Part shown: positions 55,696 through 64,000 of the stretch, piece by piece
How positions within the stretch are numbered: the first letter of the stretch is position 1
How the letters are laid out: every line of letters starts with the position of its first letter
From: Bugula neritina
Taxonomy: Eukaryota > Animalia > Bryozoa
Reading direction: 5' to 3'
Assembly: GCA_964035545.1 (NCBI GenBank)
Contig: OZ037771.1
Span: 14,383,133 to 14,447,132 of the forward strand
Length of the DNA: 64,000 bases
The notes under the pieces: generated by a model
What the model was told of the DNA's origin: nothing
The model's database searches: none
What the model saw: the letters and a program-made list of their open reading frames with translations, nothing else
Position numbers and translations under genes: made by a program

Positions 55696-57409
55696 AGTAT
55701 CTTTCATCATCAGAATTGGATTATACTGATGATTCATCAGGTTGTTACTAGATATAGTCTAGAACTTTCTAATATAGCCTACTAAGAGTTACCTGAGCTA
55801 GTATACTAACATTAGCTAGTATCTTAGAATGTGTTCTAATGTTTGTTCGAGTTTGCCCTTCTACATTTTATTGTACTGTAACTACAAACCCTAATAGCTT
55901 TGTATTGTGTGTATGGTTGCCATAGCAACAAAGCATAAGTATATTTTATGTTAAACAGTGACTTTAGCTCGAAGAATTTCAACGTCAATTTGGTACATGA
56001 GTTTCTTTTAGACAAGTATTAAAAATGATGGAGCTATTCCGCTTCACCACAGCCTGAAAGATTAAACTCTCAGTTTAAACTTAGCCCAAGGCAAAATAAT
56101 AATATGCTTATACATTTTCAGAATTTTCGAAATAGTGCGCTTCGTTTTTGTGCATAACTGCAAGATATACCGTGGTAATGTGTATAATTATTGATTTACA
56201 AAATGTATACACATGGAAACAACTGCTGCGTGGTGCTGAATAAAACAGTTGGCTGTTTATTCAGGGCAGACAAATTTGGCAGCTTTCCGCTGCACGGTTG
56301 AGAGGAAAACTTCAAGTTAAAACTTAAGCTGAAACTAGCATTTTCTTACTTGAATTCAGCAAAACAATAATTGTTTAACTCACTTGTGTTCTTCTTTGAC
56401 AATCTGTCTCTTTGTTGATCCCATCTGTTGTGCTAACAACTTGTGTTTTTTGTTTCTTCTTCTGTAGTTACAGACGAAATTTTAGATGCAATTGGTAATA
56501 TGCTAACGAGCTTATTATTTCTGCTTTCTCACATTTAGCGTATAAACACATTTGACACAGCAGCATTTCTCAAACACTTTCAATTTGATTGTATAAATTT
56601 AGTTTTTTGTCTTGGCAACCAAGAAACAAGAATGGAAATAATTGGTTTTTAGTTGCTTTTAGAATATGAAATGTTAATGATTATGTGAACTATTTAAATA
56701 CGCTTTCCGTTACATTGTTATTCTTCAGAGTTCGTGCCGTTGCTGGAATCCGAGGAAATATATCCAGAGTTACTGGATAATGACAGCAAATGCAGTAGTA
56801 AATCAGAAAACGGTAGTCATAGCTGCAGTAGGCCTTTGTAACGAGCAATCAGCAAATTACCTGCTAATATTTATTATTGCTACATGTAATCTAAGTGTAG
56901 CAATTAGCTACTTAGCAATTAGCATTCGGCTACTATTTTAAAGAAAGCTCCTTGATGTCCTTGTTTGCTAACTAAAAATTTTGCAGCTGATGTTTAGCTT
57001 TAATTGTAGAAACTAGCAACTCAGTAAGCAACTGGCAATTAAGTTAGTTAGCAGAAAGTGTAGGCGTTAATAGATAACTTAGCGTTAGATTTTGAAGTTT
57101 TCATCTTTTAGCAATTGCTTCGCACATTTTAAACTGCGTTAGTTTTTTTGTAATATTAGAATAATTCGTTCTGCACAACTTGGAAATCTCACGGAAAGCA
57201 AATAGCGATGCTATACTTTAAACTTTCATTAAAACTGAAGTTTTTTGTAACTGATAGAAACATTGGTTAACAGAAATTGTGTCGTCTTTTCTCCTTAGAC
57301 TTAGAGTCAAGTGATGACTGGGGATGCTTGCTATCTTACTCGTCTAGTAGTAGCGAATCAGTATTCTTCAGTCAGCAGTTGCTTCCCTTTAGTCTGACTG
57401 GATCTACTG
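55696..57409 (+). CDS. Cluster of short acidic phase 1-1 exons (linker preceding the TIR domain)
   Basis: 55696-55740 (YLSSSELDYTDDSS), 56468-56494 (TDEILDAI), 56729-56812 (FVPLLESEEIYPELLDNDSKCSSKSEN) and 57299-57409 (LESSDDWGC...); all are multiples of 3 with pyrimidine-rich acceptors; some donors are weak. Confidence 0.5.
55916..55929. promoter_or_regulatory. Consensus RFX X-box GTTGCCATAGCAAC
   Basis: Full match to the X-box consensus. Confidence 0.5.
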
Positions 57410-57713
57410 GTAGTCTGCATGTTCATAGCTCCTTATTCGTAGTTTCTTTGTGCTTTAATGGACCTGTCTGGTGACATCCCACAGTTTATGAAATTTAGTA
57501 GAGAAACAGGCTATAGTTTATTACAGCACCACTGCCAACCAAGTATGGTGTCTAGTGTTTGTCTCTCACTGCGGTATCTTATGAGTTGCTTTTACATCGT
57601 CTCTAATGTACATCTTGCTGTTGATTACATATTGGTAATAATCTTGAAAATTTCATAACTTTATTATAGCCTTAGAATCTCAAGAATTTCAATATTCGAG
57701 TTGGCACTTTCAG

Positions 57714-60700
57714 GTAGCGACTCTGAAGACAACGAATCTGTAGCTGGAAATGACTATGAAGGGAACGTAGCTGATGGCCCCCCTCCTTTGAAATCTGAGG
57801 ATCACAGCCATGTGTTTATTTATCATTCTGCTAATGCAGAAGACCAAGATCAAGTGGAACATTATGTTTCCTTGCTGGAAAACAGGTAAAATCAGTCAAT
57901 ACAAAGAAGACAACTTCTAACTCCGCCTATTCTGTGTTGGAACTGCTAACTAACTAACCAGAAAATTCTAGTAGTTCTATTTAAATTAATTATATTACAT
58001 CTAATCATATTTTGCAAAGTTTTATTATTAATGGGATGACAACTCTTATGGTGCTATCTAGTTTATGTGAAGAGAACAACTCCTAATAATTCTGTTTGAT
58101 TAGGTTAACTGGCCCTTAGCATTTGGTTAATAATCAGCTGCAGCCTCAACAGCTCTTGGTATTTGCTAAAAGCCGACAAAATACATACGTGTGCTTGTAT
58201 CTATGTACTTATATGTATAACTTGAAAAAGCTATTCCATGTATGAATGATATGCTTGATATATTAAATGCTTGCTATAACCATTTCTCGTATGATAATAA
58301 GACAGCTGCCCTACCACAAACGTTGCATGCTGATTGGGTGCTTAGAAGAAACCCAATTTAAACATCTAACTTTTTTTCTCTTCCACTCTAGTTAGCTACA
58401 ACCCTCTGCTCTATTTACTTGATTTTATAATTAAGGAAACAAAGTTAAACAAAAGGTTTGGCTAAAGGTGAAGGGCTAAGCACTAAGCACGTCAGTAAAA
58501 CTAAAGCTTAAATGTATCTAAAATGTTTAAGCCAATTTCCAAACATACTAGGCAAAGACTAAAATAAAAGCTAATCTTTTAAAGTTCATTATTTGGAATT
58601 GAAATACATACGTGTTTAAATCTGTATACAAGTCCTCAAGTCCTCATTTACTTGAATACTTTATAGTTAAGCACTTATGAAGTTATGCATTTATGTATTC
58701 AAGTTTTCATGCATTTACTTAGTAATGCATGCATGTACTAATGTACCTAATTATTATATATTCAAGTAGTCATAAATGTTTAAGTATTCATATATTCAAG
58801 TACTCATGTGTTCAAGTACTCATGTATTTTAGTACTCATAATATATTTAAGTACTCAAGTATTAAGTACTCATGTATTTAAGTACTCACGTACTTAAGTA
58901 TTCATGTATTCAAGTACTCATGTACTTAAGTCCTCAAGTGTTCAAGTACACATGTACTTATGTTTGTGTTTCCCATAGCCTCTTGAACAGGTAGAAACTG
59001 TAGAATATTCCGTCAGTAATTCTGTCCACCCTCATATTGTACAGCTTCAACTCCTGCTCACTTTAACCCTGCTTTGGTAAAATTCTATTCAGGCTGCAAC
59101 TATTTGCTATTTGATGTTCATGTCTATTGATGTTTCCTTCATTCAGCTTCCAGCCCTACTGCATCTGTTGATCACTACAAAGAGCCACAATCCAATAGTT
59201 TTATTTGAAGCTCTAATTTTATTTGAAAAATTTCAAAATTGTTACCCAACATGCTCTATGTCACCTATACACATTCTTGGTAACTCTTCAAGTGTTCAAA
59301 TTCACTTCTGCAATCATTTGATGTTGTATACAAGACTTATTTATCAAGTTTTTATATCGTAATTTAATGAAATTGTGGCTTCTTTTAAACTAGCACCCCT
59401 TGGTTTAAACAGCTGTCTATAGATTGAAATTTTAAATTCAATTTCTTTTAAGTAATTGTGTTGTTAACCATACAATTGACCCACACTTTAGGTAAAAGAG
59501 TTATTCTAATATATTAATATATTAGAATAACTCTTTTACCTAAAGTGTAATTGTAATTTTGCAATATATTACCAATGTAATATAATATTGCAATTGCAAT
59601 ATATCACATTAGTGCAAGTTAGAGTTTTATAGTAAAGAAAAATTATTCCTATACAACCATTGTTCTTATTGGGAGTAAATTATAATATTTTTGAAATGCA
59701 GAATATTTAGGGTATTTTCATTGTTTCTATGCCAATACTATTGTTGTAACTACAGTTATTGTTCTCAATTTATAAAAAGATGATTTATTCAACTTGAATA
59801 AATAATGACAACTTTATGACTAATAGCTTTTTCATTTCTTAGTCCCCATGACCTTAAGGTCATAACAAATGAAAGAGATTTCAAGTCCGACTTGACTCAT
59901 ACTCAGAATCTGATGCTAGCCATAGCCCTAGCTCAACGCACAGTCCTGCTTTGCAGTCAGGAGTTTGTGGAGAATGACCTACAGCAGTTTGAGACCATAG
60001 TCTACAGTGCTTTACCAGAGGTTAGCCAGAGTTATATATAGAGCATTCGGTGGTAGTATTACTAGTAGAATATAAGTGGTGAAAGTAATGGAGAGAAATC
60101 TATCCTATTTTATTGATTTATTTAAAAACAAACTACCTCTCAAAACAAATAATGCCTATTTGGCTCTTGCTATTTATCTTGCAAACTTTGGTTGCTACAA
60201 AATTTTTAATACTCGAAATTACGTCCCTGTAATCATTTTTTCTACCATTTGTTATTTTGTAATTTTGATTCAGGAGGAGAGAAAGAATAAGCTTGTACTC
60301 CTTGTGTTACCAGACGTAGAACTTCCTACAAGTCTGCTCAAACTCTCCAGAATATTCTACGCCACAGATCACGGCTGCTACGAGAGGCTCACTAAACTTC
60401 TTTCTTCAGGTCTACCAGATTCCATAATCAAACTCTGTCCAATCACTAGATATGTGATGTCATAGGTCATGTGATGTCATAGGCCATGTGATGTCATTGG
60501 TCATGTGATGTCATAGGTCATGTGATGTCATAGGCCATGTGATGTCATTGGTCATGTGATGTCATAGGTCATGTGATGTCATTGGTCATGTGATGTCATT
60601 GGTCATGTGATGTCATTGGTGATGTGATGTCATAGGTCATGTGACTCATAGAGCTAGTGTGGCAGCTGTAGGGTTAATAATTTGTGGTGACGGAGTTATA

Positions 60701-63700
60701 TATACCAGCTTGTCTAAACTGTTATGAACATTTTCAGAGGTTTTAGAAATTTCAATTGTTTCCTTGGTTTGTTTATCTTGTATTCTAAACTTACAAACTG
60801 TAATAACTTGTGTGAGATCTCAAGCTATATGTTGCAGCTGTTCCATCGAGGGAAGAGGAAACTAAAACACCTGTCTCTCCAAGTAACGGCCAACACAGTA
60901 GAACAGTTTCTCCGAGTGCTAAGACAGACGTCACCAATCAGAATCCTTCTACTGATCCTCAAATAGGAGCAGTGAAAGAGACAGTTGGTATGTATAGTTT
61001 AAGTGTGTGAAATATTTGCCGCCACTGGGATGCGAACCCAAAACCTCTGTCTTGTAAGCTGGCGCATTGACCATCATAACACCGGGCTACTGGGTAATCT
61101 CAACGTTACAGGGTGTATGTCTTATTGTTCAAAACGCTCCTGTTGGTTTAAAGCATCCATTCCTGTGAGAACCCTTGTTGGTATAGCTTGTAAGAGTGGC
61201 CAACGACTTTGCCTCTCACAGTAATTTTAACATGATTTAAAGACTTTTCTTGTGGCCCAAAAGAAATAATGAACATATGCTCTTCCTGGAATTACAGTAA
61301 TACCCAAGACTAGAGCCTAAACAACTACTTCTTCCTTCTTACTAACTAGTATATTTGAAAAGAGACCTCCAGTGTTAGTTTACAATTTATGGCTGTTTTC
61401 TAGAATGTAATAAGGTAGCAAGCTTGGTCTAGGGGTTAAAGCACTGGCTTAGCAAACAGGAAGTCATGAGTTCAATTTCCAAAAAAAGGCCATTGGTGAT
61501 GTTAAGAAGAGCATCCAGTCATAATTTCTGCTGTGCCACATATGAATAAGTACTTAGCCCGCTTTAACAAAACCTTTTCTATCAGGAGTTTCTCACAGGG
61601 ATAGCTACTATAAAATTGCAATAAATAAAGTTAAATTATTTTCTGATGTTATCTGCAGATGCAATATTCTTAGCTGATGTAATCTGTAGAAACAGACAAT
61701 CTGTTGAGGAGGTGTGTATTAGTATATGTAATGATTGCAGACTATCCTAATGGTGCTGTGATAAAGAGAGTGACAGCCTGTAAATACTCCAAATACGAGA
61801 CCCCCAGTGAGGAGGACAAGGGGTACAAGAACACTTACTGCCCCCATAGCAGTATCCTTTGTCCTAGACAAGAGCCTCAGTACCATGTTCCTGTTTCACT
61901 CACAAGACGGGGCCTGCAGGTACCCACCCCACTCTATATTATCTTTGGCCATGGATTTTTATGTTTTGACATACCATAGGTTTAGAAACTTATACTGGGT
62001 GATAGAAAATATATTCCCTTAGTCAACCAGTATTTAGAGTAAATATTTATAGAATTTGCTAAACATTTTACAATCTTTTCACTTGATCTCTAATATGTAT
62101 GATGGCTAAAAATACAAAGTGATTGTTAATATCACAACAACAATGCCATGTGACACTACAACAATGCCTTGTGACACTGCAACAATGCCATGTGACACTA
62201 CAACAATGTCATGTGACATTACAACAATGCCCTGTGACACTACAACAATGCCCTGTGACACTGCAACAATGCCCTGTGACACAACAACAATGCCATGTGA
62301 CACTACAACAATGTATTGTGACACTACAACAATGCCATGTGACACTACAACAATGCCATGTGACACTACAACAATGCCATGTGACACTACAACAATGCCA
62401 TGTGACACTACAACAATGCCATGTGACACTACAACAATGCCATGTGACACTACAACAATACCCTGTGACACTGCAACAATGCCCTGTGACACTACAACAA
62501 TGCCATGTGACACTACAACAATGTATTGTGACACGACAACAATGCCATGTGACACTACAACAATGCCATGTGACACTACAACAATGCCATGTGACACTAC
62601 AACAATGCCCTGTGACACTGCAACAATGTATTGTGACACGACAACAATGCCATGTGACACTACAACAATGCCCTGTGACACTACAACAATGCCCTGTGAC
62701 ACTACAACAATGCCATGTGAAACTACAACAATGCCCTGTGACACTACAACAATGCCATGTGACACTACAACAATGCCATGTGACACTACAACAATGCCCT
62801 GTGACACTGCAACAATGCCCTGTGACACTACAACAATGCCATGTGACACTACAACAATGCCATGTGACACTACAACAATGCCATGTGACACTACAACAAT
62901 GCCATGTGACACTACAACAATGCCAGGTGACCCTACAACAATGCCCTGTGACACTACAACAATGTATTGTGACACTACAACAATGCCCTGTGACACTACA
63001 ACAATGCCCTGTGACACTACAACAATGCCCTGTGACACTACAACAATGCCAGGTGACACTACAACAATGCCCTGTGACACTACAACAATGCCATGTGACA
63101 CTACAACAATGCCATGTGACACTACAACAATGCCATGTGACACTACAACAATGCCATGTGACACCATGTTATCTTGTTGCTAGGTAACGGACTCTGAATT
63201 TGAAGACATCCTGATGAGTCTTTCAGAAGCTTCTAGAGTGACGTTCTTTCAGAAAGCAGTTGAATGTTCGCTGCCGTGTCTACTGCTGACTACAATGGTG
63301 GTGACCGTAGCGATAACTTTCTCCTTATGGTTCCTGGTTGTTGGTGAGTAGAAAGAGTTATATGTAGAAAGGATTATCTGTAGAAAAGGTCAACTGTAAA
63401 AAGGGTTATATGTAGAAAGGGTTATCTGTAGAAAGGGTTATATTATGTAGGAATGATTATATGTAAAAAAAGGTTACCTGTAGAAAGGGTCAACTGTAAA
63501 AAGGGTTATCTGTAGAAAGGGTTATATGTAGAAAGGATTATCTGTAGAAAGGGTTATATTATGTAGGAAGGATTATATGTAGAAAAAGTCAACTGTAGAA
63601 AGGATTATCTGTAGGATGTCTTAGCTGCAGAAAGGGTAATGTGTAGAGTGGAGTAACAGTAAAATGAGTTTCTTCTGCAGAAAGGGTCAACTGTAGAAAG

Positions 63701-64000
63701 AATTATATTATGTAGAAAGGGTTAACTGTAGAAAGGGCTACCAGTAGAAATGGTTACCATTAGAAGGGTTTAGTTGTAGACTAGGTAGTTTGTAGAATAT
63801 GTTACATGTAAAGTGCTTAAAGTTACACTATATGGCTATAGAAATAATCGTTAGCCAATGCGTCTCTTTATATGACAATGTGTTGCAGGTGCTCTAAAAC
63901 ATCACCCACATTTATATGACAATGTGTTGCAGGTGCTCTAAATTATCACCAATATTTATATAACAATGTGTTGCAGGTGCTCTAAAACATCACAAGGCTG
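57714..64000 (+). CDS. TIR-domain protein with a C-terminal TMEM268/ERF4-like segment and transmembrane helix (continues beyond the window)
   Basis: Phase-consistent exons 57714-57885 (PPPLKSEDHSHVFIYHS...VSLLEN), 59843-60020 (DLKVITNERDFKSD...RTVLLCSQEFVENDLQQFE), 60274-60409 (KLVLLVLPDVELPTSL), 60838-60987, 61741-61919 (...VPVSLTRRGLQ), 63184-63343 (VTDSEFEDIL...LLLTTMVVTVAITFSLWFLVV) and 63977 onward. The first three follow the TIR pattern: HVFIxHS box 1, ERDF BB-loop, TVLLxSxxF beta-C, alpha-C Glu, LVLLVL beta-D. The TMEM268/ERF4 resemblance is from recall only. Confidence 0.8.
58770..58960. repeat. ~16-bp degenerate minisatellite (caagtactcatgtatt)
   Basis: Visible tandem units. Confidence 0.75.
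59483..59548. repeat. Perfect 66-bp spacerless palindrome
   Basis: acactttaggtaaaagagttattctaatatatt|aatatattagaataactcttttacctaaagtgt. Confidence 0.95.
60452..60645. repeat. 17-bp minisatellite (atgtgatgtcataggtc)
   Basis: About 11 tandem units. Confidence 0.92.
61018..61090 (-). pseudogene. Degenerate tRNA-like sequence or head of a second SINE family
   Basis: The minus strand reads gtagcccggtgttatgatggtcaatgcgccagcttacaagacagaggttttgggttcgcatcccagtggcggc, with a T-arm-like GGGTTCGCATCCC; the acceptor stem is imperfect. Confidence 0.4.
61414..61620 (+). mobile_element. tRNA-derived SINE copy
   Basis: Same head and body as the copies at 2379 and 50065. Confidence 0.8.
62135..63165. repeat. 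21-bp minisatellite (acaacaatgccatgtgacact), ~49 units, intronic
   Basis: Homogeneous tandem array between the phase-0 donor at 61919 and the phase-0 acceptor at 63183. Confidence 0.97.
63348..63790. repeat. Degenerate ~16-19-bp minisatellite (tagaaagggttatatg)
   Basis: Visible tandem units. Confidence 0.85.
63867..63993 (+). repeat. 44-bp triplication spanning a 3' splice site
   Basis: acaatgtgttgcag|gtgctcta is repeated, with the AG ending at 63888, 63932 and 63976. Confidence 0.9.

Noticed and set aside
62106-63187. Three ~354-aa ORFs (TTTMPCD / TLQQCHV / VVSHGIV repeats) resembling antifreeze, mucin or metal-binding proteins
   Set aside because: They are by-products of a 21-bp minisatellite that is open in several frames on both strands. 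It lies in an intron whose flanking exons (61919 donor, 63184 start) join in frame without it.

Overview
AT-rich, intron-rich animal (invertebrate, probably lophotrochozoan-type) genomic DNA, not prokaryotic. Most ORFs in the track are exon fragments or translations of simple repeats. Two divergently transcribed genes were reconstructed by hand from GT-AG splice sites and reading phase. (1) Minus strand, ~12.9 kb to <984: ARMC3 (armadillo repeat-containing 3), with 15 core coding exons in this window. It also has symmetric micro-exons in a Lys/Gly-rich loop and a diverged duplicate of the 'DGFYDxG' exon. A 5'-truncated RTE-type LINE, a MITE and a SINE lie in its introns. (2) Plus strand, ~18.2 kb to >64 kb: a gene whose 3' part encodes an acidic linker, a divergent TIR domain, an S/T/P linker and a TMEM268/ERF4-like segment with a transmembrane helix. 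Upstream, across ~26 kb, lie about ten unrelated ATG-initiated, mostly Arg/Lys-rich candidate first exons or first-exon modules. All end at phase-0 donors, matching a phase-0 acceptor at 47072. This suggests a variable-first-exon/constant-region architecture on a TIR membrane protein and is the most interesting signal in the window. It is inferred from sequence only and needs transcript data. Also present: a tRNA-derived SINE family (5 copies), many mini/microsatellites (two of which amplify splice sites), RFX X-boxes and a perfect 66-bp palindrome.
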